A DNA stretch of 64,000 nt from Mobula hypostoma (taxonomy: Eukaryota): positions 124,310,001-124,374,000 of the forward strand of contig NC_086099.1 in NCBI RefSeq assembly GCF_963921235.1. The letters run 5' to 3'. Each line of letters opens with the position of its first letter. Position 1 is the stretch's first letter. Positions 24,655 through 35,829 of the stretch are shown here, in pieces. Below the pieces are notes generated by a model. The model did not search any database and was not told the DNA's origin. It saw only the letters and a program-made list of their open reading frames with translations. Position numbers and translations under genes: made by a program.

Positions 24655-27600
24655 CAGAACCATAGAAACTACAGCACAGAAACAGGCCTTTTGGCCCTTC
24701 TTGGCTGTGCCGAACCATTTTCTGCATAGTTCCACTGACCTGCACACGGACCATATCCCTCCATACACCTCCCATCCATGTATCTGTCCAATTTATTCTC
24801 AAATGTTAAAAAAGAACCCGCATTTACCACCTCGTCTGGCAGCTCATTCCATACTCCCACCACTCTCTGTGTGAAGAAGCCCCCCCTAATGTTCCCTTTA
24901 AACTTTTCCCCCCTCATCCTAAACCCATGTCCTCTGTTTTTTTTCTCTCCTTGCCTCAGTGGAAAAAGCCTGCTTGCATTCACTCTATCCATACCCATCA
25001 TAATTTTATATACCTCTATCAAATCTTCCCTCATTCTTCTACGCTCCAGGGAATAAAGTCCTAACCTATTCAACCTTTCTCTGTAACTGAGTTTCTCAAG
25101 TCCCGGCAACATCCTTGTAAACCTTCTCTGCACTCTTTCAACTTTATTTATATCCTTCCTGTAATTTGGTGACCAAAACTGAACACAATACTCCAGATTC
25201 GGCCTCACCAATGCCTTATACAACCTCATCATAACATTCCAGCTCTTATACTCAATACTTTGATTAATAAAGGCCAATGTACCAAAAGCTCTCTTTACGA
25301 CCCTATCTACCTGTGATGACACTTTTAGGGAATTTTGTATCTGTATTCCCAGATCCCTCTGTTCCACTGCCCTCCTCAGTGCCTTACCATTAACCCTGTA
25401 TGTTCTACCTTGGTTTGTCCTTCCAACGTGCAATACCTCACACTTGTCAGTATTAAACTCCATCTGCCATTTTTCGGCCCATTTTTCCAGCTGGTCCAAG
25501 TCCGTCTGCAGGCTCTGAAAACCTTCCTCACTGTCTACTACACCTCCAATCTTTGTATCATCAACAAACTTGCTGATCCAATTTACCACATTATCATCCA
25601 GATCATTGATATAGATGACAAATAACAATGGACCCAGCACTGATCCCTGTGGCACACCACTAGTCACAGCCCTCCACTCAGAGAAGCAATTCTCTACCAC
25701 CACTCTCTGGCTTCTTCCATCGAGCCAATGTCTAATCCAATTTACCACCTCTCCATGTATACCTAGCGACTGAATTTTCCTAACTAACCTCCCATGCGGG
25801 ACCTTGTCAAAGGCCTTACTGAAGTCCATGTAGACAATATCCACTGCCTTCCCTTCATCCACTTTCCTGGTAACCTCCTCGAAAAACTCCAACAGATTGG
25901 TCAAACATGACCTACCATGCACAAAGCCATGTTGACTCTCTCTAAGAAGCCCCTGTCTATCCAAATGCTTGTAGATTCTGTCTCTTAGTACTCCCTCCAA
26001 TAATTTCCCTATTACTGACGTTAAACTCACCGGCCTATAATTTCCCGGATTACCTTTCGATCCTTTTTTAAACAACGGAACAACATGAGCCACTCTCCAA
26101 TCCTCCGGCACTTCACCCGTAGACAGCGACATTTTAAATATTTCTGCCAGAGCCCCCGCAATTTCAACACTAGTCTCCTTCAAGGTCCGAGGGAACACTC
26201 TGTCAGGTCCCGGGGATTTATCCACTTTAATTTTCCTCAAGACAGCAAGCACCTCCTCCTTTTCAATCTGTACAGTTTCCATGGTCTCACTACTTGATTC
26301 CCTCAATTCCATAGATTTCATGCCAGCTTCCTTAGTAAATACAGACGCAGAAAACCTATTTAAGATCTCCCCCATTTCCTTTGGTTCCGCACAAAGCCAA
26401 CCACTCTGATCTTCAAGAGGACCAATTTTATCCCTTACAATCCTTTTGCTCTTAATATACTTGTAAAAGCTCATTGGATTATCCTCCACTTTGACTACCA
26501 AGGCAACCTCATGTCTTCTTTTTGCCCTCCTGATTTCTTTCTTAAGTATTTTCTTGCACTTCTTATACTCCTCAAGCACCTGATTTACCCCCTGTTTCCT
26601 ATACATTTCATACAACTCCCTCTTCTTCTTTATCGGAGTTGCAATATTCCTTGAGAACCAAGGTTCCTTATTCCTATTCAATTTGCCTTTAATCCTGACA
26701 GGAACATACAACCTCTGTACTCTCAAAATGTCCCCTTTGAAGGCTTCCCACCTACCAATCACATCTTTGCCAGAGAACAACCTGTCCCAGTCCACGCTTT
26801 TTAGATCCTTTCTCACTTCTTCAAATTTGGCCTTCTTACAGTTCAGAACCTCAACCCTAGGACCAGATCTATCCTTGTCCATGATCAAATTGAAACTAAT
26901 GGTGTTATGATCACTGGAACCAAAGTGCTCCCCTACACAGACTTCTGTCACTTGCCCTAATTCATTTCCTAACAGGAGATTCAATATTGCATCGCCTCTA
27001 GTTGGTCCCTCTATATACTGATTTAGAAAACTTTCCTGAACAAATTTTACAAACTCTGAACCATCTAGACCCCTAACAGTATGGGAGTCCCAATCAATGT
27101 ATGGAAAATTACAATCCCCTACCACCACAACTTTATGTTTCCTGCAGTTGCCTGCTATCTCTCAGCAGATTTGCTCTTCCAAGTCTCATTGACTATTGGG
27201 TGGTCTGTAATACAATCCCACTAATGTGGCCATACCTTTCCTGTTTCTCAGCTCCACCCATAAGGACTCAGTAGACAAGCCCTCTAATCTGTCCTGCCTG
27301 AGCACTGCTGTAATATTTTCCCTAACAAGGAATGCTACTCTCCCACCTTTCATTCCTCTGCCTCGATCACAGCTGAAACATCAGAACCCTGGAATATTAA
27401 GCTGCCAGTCCTGCCCCTCCTGTAGCCAAGTTTCACTAATTGCTACAACATCATAGTTCCACGTGTCAATCCACGCCCTCAACTCATCCGCCTTCCCCGC
27501 AATACTCCTAGCATTGAAATATATACACCTCAGAAGATTTTTACCACCACTCACAACCTTTCTATCAGCGGATTTGCTTAAACTTTCAATATCATTTATT

Positions 27601-28900
27601 TTCACCCCAGCCACACTGTCAGCTCTGGCACTCTGGTTCCCATCCCCCTGCAAATCTAGTTTAAAGCCTCCCCAAAAGCACTAACAAACCTCCCTGAAAG
27701 GATATTGGTCCCCCTGTGGTTCAAGTGTAACCCGTCTCTCTTGTACAGGCCCCACCTACCCCAGAAGAGGTCCCAATGATCCTGAAATCTGAAACCCTGC
27801 CCCCTACACCAGTTCCTCAGCCACTTGTTCCTACTCCAGAGCATCCTATTCCTACCCTCACTGGCACCTAGTACAGGTAGCAATCCTGAGATTACCACCC
27901 TCGAGGTCCTGCATTTCAACTTCCTACCAAGCTCTCTATACTCACTCTCCAGGACCTCCTCACTCTTCCTTGCTATGTCATTGGTACCGATGTGCACCAC
28001 GACATCTGGCTGGTCACCCTCCCACTTCAGAATGTCATGCAATCGATCAGAGACATCCTTGACCCTGGCACCTGGGAGGCAACAAACCATCCTGGATTCT
28101 CTGTCACGACCACAGAACCTCCTATCTGCACCTCTAACTATCGAGTCCCCTATCACTACCGCTCTCCTCTTTTTCCCCCCTCCCTTCTGCACTGCAGAGC
28201 CAGACTCAGTGCCAGAGATCCGGCTACTGCAGCTAGTCCCAGGTAAGTCATCCCCCCCAACAGTATCCAATACAGTATACTTGTTGTTGTGGGGAATAGC
28301 CACAGGGGAACCCTGCTCTGTCTGCCATTTCCTCTTCCCTCGCCTGACAGTGACCCAATTTCCTGTCCTCTGCTCCTTTGGCGTAACTACCTCCCTGTAG
28401 CTACAATCTATAATCTCCTCATTCTCCCGAATGATCCGCAGGTCATCCAGCTCCTGCTCCAGTTCCCTAACGCGGTTTGTTAGGAGCTGCAGCTGGATGC
28501 ACTTCTTGCAGGTGTCGTTGTCAGGGACTCCGGAGGGCTCCCTGACTTCCCACATCCTGCAAGAGGAGCATTCCAACATCCTGCCTGGCATTCTCTCTAC
28601 TCTAAACAATCTGGACAAAAACTTACCGGAACCTACGCTGGCCTCTGTCTGTTCTTGCTGAAGCCTGTTTGAGCCAAAGCCGCCCCACTCTGACTCAGTC
28701 CACTCTGACGATGGCTGCTACAACGATGGCTCCTGTATATGGTGGTCTGCTTTTTAAACCTTTGCGCGCTACGTCACGCGCCTGCGCAGTGCAGACCCTT
28801 CTCCCCGAGCAGTGTTTAAAAAAAAACGACTTTTTCGACCCAAAATTCTTCCGCTCACTTCTTCAGCTACTTGCTTCGACTGAAACAAGAACCGTTGAAA
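24655..28900 (-). mobile_element. Near full-length CR1 LINE subfamily B (5' UTR, intact ORF1, ORF2 with three in-frame TGA)
   Basis: ORF1 27656-28591; ORF2 frame 27653-24669 continuous but with TGA at FxC, SQx and ICx positions in the endonuclease. CpG-rich 5' UTR with GCGCCTGCGCA and TGACGTAG-type motifs near 28760-28790. 5' boundary approximate; no TSD found. Confidence 0.95.
27656..28591 (-). CDS. CR1 ORF1p: Cys4 zinc finger/leucine zipper plus SGNH esterase domain (311 aa from first ATG)
   Basis: CSSC...CKKC, LLTNRVRELEQELDDL, then GDS, HIGTND and DGLH esterase blocks; ends ALN*. Confidence 0.9.
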   Translation of the reverse strand: MPGRMLECSSCRMWEVREPSGVPDNDTCKKCIQLQLLTNRVRELEQELDDLRIIRENEEIIDCSYREVVTPKEQRTGNWVTVRRGKRKWQTEQGSPVAIPHNNKYTVLDTVGGDDLPGTSCSSRISGTESGSAVQKGGGKKRRAVVIGDSIVRGADRRFCGRDRESRMVCCLPGARVKDVSDRLHDILKWEGDQPDVVVHIGTNDIARKSEEVLESEYRELGRKLKCRTSRVVISGLLPVLGASEGRNRMLWSRNKWLRNWCRGQGFRFQDHWDLFWGRWGLYKRDGLHLNHRGTNILSGRFVSAFGEALN

Positions 28901-29273
28901 TTTTCCCTTTTTAAACCTTTTACAGATTTGTCCTGCTCAGGTTCAAAACGGCTTTGAGTTGCATATGCCAGGGTGCAGTAGTGACGTATGCATTTATATT
29001 ACAGGTGTAAATGTGATGGATTAAAGGCATCATCGGCGAGCAGACTAAAGAACATTAAAGTATGTTAACTTAAGTGTGATTTTTTTTTCTAACAGGCTGA
29101 CACCCCCCAGTGTGCATAATTTTGCAGGGATATTATAATTTAATAACAGCATCAGAGATGTTCATAACGATATTGAGAAGAGCGTCCTGATACTCTGCTC
29201 AGTGAGGTGGGTGCTCAATAACTTATATGGGCGGGAACTAGGAGAAAGCAGTTCTTCTGCTGACATAAATATA

Positions 29274-32200
29274 GAAACATAGAAACATAGAAAATAGGTG
29301 CAGGAGTAGGCCATTCGGCCCTTCGAGCCTGCACCGCCATTTATTATGATCATGGCTGATCCTCCAACTCAGAACCCCGCCCCAGCCTTCCCTCCATACC
29401 CCCTGATCCCTGTAGCCACAAGGGCCATATCTAACTCCCTCTTAAATATAGACAATGAACTGGCCTCAACTGTTTCCTGTGGCAGACAATTCCACAGATT
29501 CACCACTCTCTGTGTGAAGAAGTTTTTCCTAATCTCGGTCCTAAAAGGCTTCCCCTCTATCCTCAAACTGTGACCCCTCGTTCTGGACTTCCCCAACATC
29601 GGGAACAATCTTCCTGCATCTAGCCTGTCCAATCCCTTCAGGATTTTATACGTTTCAATCAGATCCCCCCTCAATCTTCTAAATTCCAACAAGTACAAGC
29701 CTAGTTCATCGAGTCTTTCTTCATATGAAAGTCCTGCCATCCCAGGAATCAATCTGGTGAACCTTCTTTGTACTCCCTCTATGGCAAGGATGTCTTTCCT
29801 CAGATTAGGGGACCAAAACTGCACACAATATTCCAGGTGTGGTCTCACCAAGGCCTTGTACAACTGCAGTAGTACCTCCTTGCTCCTGTACTCGAATCCT
29901 CTCGCTATAAATGCCAGCACACCATTCGCCTTTTTCACCACCTGCTGTACCTGCATGCCCACTTTCAATGACTGGTGTATAATGACACCCAGGTCTTGTT
30001 GCATCTCCCCTTTTCCTAATCGGCCACTGTTCAGATAATAATCTGTTTTCCTATTTTTGCCACCAAAGTGGATAACTTCACATTTATCCACATTAAATTG
30101 CATCTGCCATGAATTTGCCCACTCACCTAACCTATCCAAGTCACCCTGCATCCTCTTAGCATCCTTCTCACAGCTAACACTGCCGCCCAGCTTCGTGTCA
30201 TCCGCAAACTTGGAGATACTACATTTAATTCCCTCATCCAAGTCATTAATATATATTGTAAACAACTGGGGTCCCAGCACTGAGCCTTGCGGTACCCCAC
30301 TAGTCACTGCCTGCCATTCTGAAAAGGTCCCGTTTATTCCCATCCTTTGCTTCCTGTTTGCCAACCAATTCTCTATCCACATCAATACCTTACCCCCAAT
30401 ACCGTGTGCTTTAAGTTTGCACACTAATCTCCTGTGTGGGACCTTGTCAAAAGCCTTTTGAAAATCCAAATATACCACATCCACTGGTTCTCCTCTATCC
30501 ACTCTACTAGTTACATCCTCAAAAAATTCTATGAGATTCATCAGACATGATTTTCCTTTCACAAATCCATGCTGACTTTGTCCGATGATTTCACCGCTTT
30601 CCAAATGTGCTGTTATCACATCTTTGATAACTGACTCCAGCAGTTTCCCCACCACCGACGTTAGGCTAACCGGTCTATAATTCCCTGGTTTCTCTCTCCC
30701 TCCTTTTTTAAAAAGTGGGGTTACATTAGCCACTCTCCAATCCTCAGGAACTAGTCCAGAATCTAACGAGGTTTGAAAAATTATCACTAATGCATCCACT
30801 ATTTCTTGGGCTACTTCCTTAAGCAGTCTGGGATGCAGACCATCTGGCCCTGGGGATTTATCTGCCTTTAATCCCTTCAATTTACCTAACACCACTTCCC
30901 TACTAACATGTATTTTGCTCAGTTCCTCCATCTCACTGGACCCTCTGTCCCCTACTATTTCTGGAAGATTATTTATGTCCTCCTTAGTGAAGACAGAACC
31001 AAAGTAATTATTCAATTGGTCTGCCATGTCCTTGCTCCCCATAATCAATTCACCTGTTTCTGTCTGCAGGGGACCTACATTTGTCTTTATCAGTCTTTTC
31101 CTTTTTACATATCTATAAAAGCTTTTACAGTCCGTTTTTATGTTTCCTGCCAGTTTTCTCTCATAATCTTTTTCCCCCTTCCTAATTAAGCCCTTTGTCC
31201 TCCTCTGCTGAACTCTGAATTTCTCCCAGTCCTCAGGTGAGCCACTTTTTCTGGCTAATTTGTATGCTTCTTCTTTGGAATTGATACTATCCTTAATTTC
31301 TCTTGTCAGCCACGGGTGCACTACCTTCCTTGATTTATTCTTTTGCCAAACTGGGATGAACAATTGTTGTAGTTCATCCATGCAATCTTTAAATGCTTGC
31401 CATTGCATATCCACCGTCAATCCTTTAAGTGTCATTTGCCAGTCTATCTTAGCTAATTCACGACTCATACTTTCAAAGTTACCCCTCTTTAAGTTCAGAA
31501 CCTTTGTTTCTGAATTAACTATGTCACTCTCCATCTTAATGAAGAATTCCACCATATTATGGTCACTCTTACCCAAGTGGTCTCTCACGACAAGATTGCT
31601 AATTAACCCTTCCTCATTGCTCAAAACCCGGTCTAGAATAGCTTGCTCTCTAGTTGGTTCCTCGACATGTTGGTTCAAAAAACCATCCCACATACATTCC
31701 AAGAAATCCTCTTCCTCAGCACCTTTACCAATTTGGTTCACCCAATCTACATGTATATTGAAGTCACCCATTATGACTGCTGTTCCTTTATTGCACACAT
31801 TTCTAATTTCCCGTTTAATACCTTCTCCGACCTCACTACTACTGTTAGGTGGCCTGTACACAGCTCCCACCAGCGTTTTCTGCCCCTTAGTGTTATGCAG
31901 CTCTACCCATATCGATTCCACATCTTCCCGGCTTATGTCCTTCCTTTCTATTGCATTAATCTCATCTTTAACCAGCAACGCCACCCCACCTCCTTTTCTT
32001 TCATGTCTATCCCTCCTGAATATTGAATATCCCTGAACATTGAGCTCCCATCCTTGGTCACCCTGGAGCCATGTCTCTGTGATCCCAACTATATCATAAT
32101 CATTAATAACAATCTGCACTTTCAATTCATCCACCTTGTTACGAATGCTCCTTGCATTGACACACAAAGCCTTCAGGCACTCTTTTACAACTCTCTTAGC

Positions 32201-33067
32201 CCTTATACAATTATGTTGAAAAGTGGCCCTTTTTGATGCTTGCCCTGAATTTGTCAGCCTGCCACTTTTACTTTTCTCCTTAGTACTTTTTGCTTCTACC
32301 CTCATTGTACACCCCTCTGTCTCTGTGCACTGGTTCCCATCCCCCTGTTGTGAACTAACCTCCTCTCGCCTAGCCTCTTTAATTTGATTCCCACCCCCCA
32401 ACCATTCTAGTTTAAAGTCACCTCAGTAGCCCTCGCTAATCTCCCTGCCAGGATATTGGGCCCCCTAGGATTCAAGTGTAACCCGTCCTTTTTGTACAGA
32501 TCACGCCTGCGCCAAAAGAGGTCCCAATGATCCAAAAACTTGAATCCCTGCCCCCTGCTCCAATCCCTCAGCCACGCATTTATCCTCCACCTCATCGCAT
32601 TCCTACTCTCACTGTCGCGTGGCACAGGCAGTAATCCCGAGATTACTACCTTTGCAGTCCTTTTTCTCAACTCCCTTCCTAGCTCCCTATATTCTCCTTT
32701 CAGGACCTCATCCCTTTTCCTACCTATGTCATTGGTACCTGTATGTACCACGACCTCTGGCTCCTCACCCTCCCACTTCAGGATATCTTAAACACGATGA
32801 GAAATATCCCGGACCCTGGCACCAGGGAGGCAAACTACCATCCGGGTCTCTGGACTGCGTCCACAGAATCACCTATCTGTCCCCCTTACTATCGAGTCCC
32901 CTATCACAACTGCCCTCCTCTTCCTTGCCCTACCCTTCTGAGCTACAGGGCCGGACTCTGTGCCGGAGGCACGGCCACTGTCGCTTCCCCCGGGTAAGCT
33001 GTCCCCTGCAACAGTACTCAAACAGGAGTACCTATTGTCAAGGGGCACAGCCACCGGGGTACTCTCT
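29274..33067 (-). mobile_element. CR1 LINE subfamily A, 5'-truncated in ORF1, ORF2 uninterrupted
   Basis: ORF1 esterase remnant (GDS, HTGTND, DGLH; premature stop near 32869) and a 1010-codon ORF2; tail (CTATGTTT)n at 29274-29290. Confidence 0.97.
29369..32401 (-). CDS. CR1 ORF2p: APE endonuclease + reverse transcriptase (1010 codons; listed start is TTG)
   Basis: NARS, ETW, YRPP, GDFN, SDHN; DFQKAFD, GVPQGSVLGP, FADD; no internal stops in the ORF track. Confidence 0.93.
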   Translation of the reverse strand: MGGGNQIKEARREEVSSQQGDGNQCTETEGCTMRVEAKSTKEKSKSGRLTNSGQASKRATFQHNCIRAKRVVKECLKALCVNARSIRNKVDELKVQIVINDYDIVGITETWLQGDQGWELNVQGYSIFRRDRHERKGGGVALLVKDEINAIERKDISREDVESIWVELHNTKGQKTLVGAVYRPPNSSSEVGEGIKREIRNVCNKGTAVIMGDFNIHVDWVNQIGKGAEEEDFLECMWDGFLNQHVEEPTREQAILDRVLSNEEGLISNLVVRDHLGKSDHNMVEFFIKMESDIVNSETKVLNLKRGNFESMSRELAKIDWQMTLKGLTVDMQWQAFKDCMDELQQLFIPVWQKNKSRKVVHPWLTREIKDSINSKEEAYKLARKSGSPEDWEKFRVQQRRTKGLIRKGEKDYERKLAGNIKTDCKSFYRYVKRKRLIKTNVGPLQTETGELIMGSKDMADQLNNYFGSVFTKEDINNLPEIVGDRGSSEMEELSKIHVSREVVLGKLKGLKADKSPGPDGLHPRLLKEVAQEIVDALVIIFQTSLDSGLVPEDWRVANVTPLFKKGGREKPGNYRPVSLTSVVGKLLESVIKDVITAHLESGEIIGQSQHGFVKGKSCLMNLIEFFEDVTSRVDRGEPVDVVYLDFQKAFDKVPHRRLVCKLKAHGIGGKVLMWIENWLANRKQRMGINGTFSEWQAVTSGVPQGSVLGPQLFTIYINDLDEGIKCSISKFADDTKLGGSVSCEKDAKRMQGDLDRLGEWANSWQMQFNVDKCEVIHFGGKNRKTDYYLNSGRLGKGEMQQDLGVIIHQSLKVGMQVQQVVKKANGVLAFIARGFEYRSKEVLLQLYKALVRPHLEYCVQFWSPNLRKDILAIEGVQRRFTRLIPGMAGLSYEERLDELGLYLLEFRRLRGDLIETYKILKGLDRLDAGRLFPMLGKSRTRGHSLRIEGKPFRTEIRKNFFTQRVVNLWNCLPQETVEASSLSIFKRELDMALVATGIRGYGGKAGAGF

Positions 33068-34149
33068 AAAAAGTTACTGAATATTACACAGTGGCCATAT
33101 TTCACAAAAATACTTTTAAAAAATGCACTAACCAATTGGGCAGCTGTAACAACTCTTGAAATTCTGACAAAAAAAATGTCTTTGGTGCTCTAGTTTCACG
33201 CTAGGTAAGTTGTGCAAACAGAAAATATTGGCATGGTGAGTTTACAACCCAAACATCTCCCCCCATATGAAAACTTTATGAATAACGATTCTAAATTATT
33301 ATATCAGGCCAGCTAGTGAAAGTCCATGAATTTGACCTTGTAAAACTCTCCGTCTATGTTCAACTGCACTTTGAATACACCATACGTTTTCCTCAAATAA
33401 TCAGCTGTTAATTATTTTATGTATGTTTTCATTCTTGAAATATGGAAGTTCTTTTTGAAATTTGCTTACATTCACTCATTAAAATGTATTTGCTAAAGCC
33501 GGTGAGTTCACTTTCACCGGCATTTAATGTTTGCCATTTCTCGAAAGGCATCTGGTTTTCCTGCTGCATATTTTGAATGCAACCAAATATTTTGAATTTC
33601 CTCAACACTTTCAATAGTATTCACGACAATTTTGGTAAAAATTGAGCTTAATGCGAAAACTGGCTTGATCCTACCCGCTCCCACTATCTGTAAACACCAA
33701 TCTTCCAGCAAGGACTCTGCCACTTGACTGAGATCACCTACTTGTCCAGTGCCAATCATCTTGTTCCTGTTTTGCTGAACTTTATTTAAATCAGGGGTTC
33801 CCAGCCTGGGGACCACGGACCCCTTGGTTAATGGTAAGGCTCCGTGACATAGAAAAGTTTGGAAACCCCTTATCGAAAGAGAGAATAATAATATAGATTT
33901 ATAAAGGATTAGCAATGACAAGAGAGCTTAATTCTGGTTTTAAAGATGTGAATAAATTATATAGGAGCATCTACAGTTGGTACTTTTGTATGGATTTTGG
34001 GAAGATCATTTGATAAAATTGCTCACAGCAACCATTACAACAAACCCCACAGGACTGAGGGTGAATTATTGACTTAAGCGAAGACTGAAGATTATCTGGA
34101 AGAATGCAACCAGTCATGTCTTTGGGGGAATCTTTATTATGGTCTCAAC

Positions 34150-34495
34150 TATTAACATATTTAGTAACAGGTTGTGCAATTTGCTGATGACAAATGCAAG
34201 CAGGCTTTTTCCACTGAGGTTGGGTGAGAATACAACTGGAGGTGATAGGTTAAGAGGGAAAGGTGAAAATTTTAAGGGGAAACTACTTCACTCAGAGGGT
34301 CTTGGGAGTGTGAAATGAGCTGCCAACTCTGTTTCAACATTTGAGAGAAGTTTGGATAAGATACATGGTTTGTAGGGGTATGGAGGGCTAGGGGCCTGGT
34401 GTAGGTCGATGGGAACAGGCAGTTTAAATGGTTCGGCAGAAATGAGATGGGCCGAAGAGCCTGTTTCTGTACTGTACTTTTCTCTGACTCTATGA
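34150..34495 (+). mobile_element. CR1 3'-end fragment
   Basis: ggcttttttccactgaggttgggtgag...gggccgaagagcctgtttctgtactgtac matches CR1-B-type tails. Confidence 0.75.
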
Positions 34496-35829
34496 TATAT
34501 GCTCTTGCTGGAAGCATTAAAACGTGGTATTAAAGGATTTACTAAACAGGTAAACTGTGGCAAATAAATTTTCATGCAAGCAACTTCAAAGTTATTCACA
34601 CTCAGTGTAAGTGTGCCCTGAATATTGATTGGTGGGTTACTTTCTCCGCTCTAAGAACCTTGGGTTCCTTTTAAATTAATGATGACTATGTCATAGACAT
34701 GGGAAATAATCAAAAAGCCCAATGGACTGCTATCTTGCCATACAGAATCTTCAGGACAATGTGAGCTTTAAGTTCAGGATATATTCATTGAAAGCATACT
34801 TTGATCCGATGTCTCAATTACAAGATTTCACACAAAGATTTATTTAAAAAAAGATTCAGGAATGACGTGATTCTATTATTCCTGATATTAAATGAAACTG
34901 ACAGGAAAGCAACAAATAATTGTTTATTACTTTAGGGTTTTAGATTAGAGACGGGCTGAAAATGTGAGACTTCAAAAATGTATCTCTCACAGAATTGATA
35001 TTTCCCTGCTATATCTGCTGGCAATAAAAATTCATAACTGCCATGTTTTAGGATATAAAAAGTATACAGGAATGTGGGTACATGTAATTTGGAGGTGCTA
35101 TGAGAAGGGACTGAGTACACGGCCCAGTTCATTGAATGCAAGCTCATTATTCGATTGGGTGAATTGAAGTTTTGTACTCAGGATATTCACCAAACAGAAC
35201 AAAGGAGAAACTTTTAATACTCATGCGTAAAAACACAGAACCTGTTGGAAATACACAAGCGTTATCATGATTTACAATGGATAAAGGATAATAATTTGAA
35301 GCAAGACCATCTGAGCGAGGTATGTGATGGTCTGTCCCGCGGCATCACAGTCTGACGTGCTGGAACTCGACGCCAGCAGCTTTCAGCTGTTCCTTTCACG
35401 TAGACTTCTCACCACATCAGAAGCAGCTATTTCTGTTTCACCTTAACTCTGGAAGATCTGCAGCCCTTTTGGTCCAAGGTTAAGGCTGTGCCTGACGGTT
35501 TGAAGTTGTGTATCTGTATTTTAAGAAGGTTTTAAATTCAATTCTTTAATATTTGTTCTGGTAATGCATAGTAAAGTTGAACCACTCGTCTCATCGCGTC
35601 AAGTTAAGTCAGAGAATATACAGTACGTAGATCAAACTTCAGAATCAATGCCAGGCAACGAGAAGCAGCCTGTAATTGGTTATTATTTCAAAATCTTTAA
35701 CTTGGAAAATTAGGAATAAAACATTACATTCTATCATTATTTTAGATTGGATTCATAGAACACGGCAGCACAGAAACAGGCCATTTGGCCCATCTAGTCC
35801 GTGCTCAACCATTGGATAGCTATTGATAC

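Noticed and set aside
7874-33067. APOBEC-type G-to-A hypermutation of the CR1 copies inside the APOBEC2 locus
   Set aside because: Visible lesions are few and fit CpG decay and indels; APOBEC2 has no established DNA deaminase activity.
35183-35319. Segment bounded by a good acceptor and donor on the + strand
   Set aside because: Stops in all three frames and no supporting context; cannot be separated from chance splice-like motifs.
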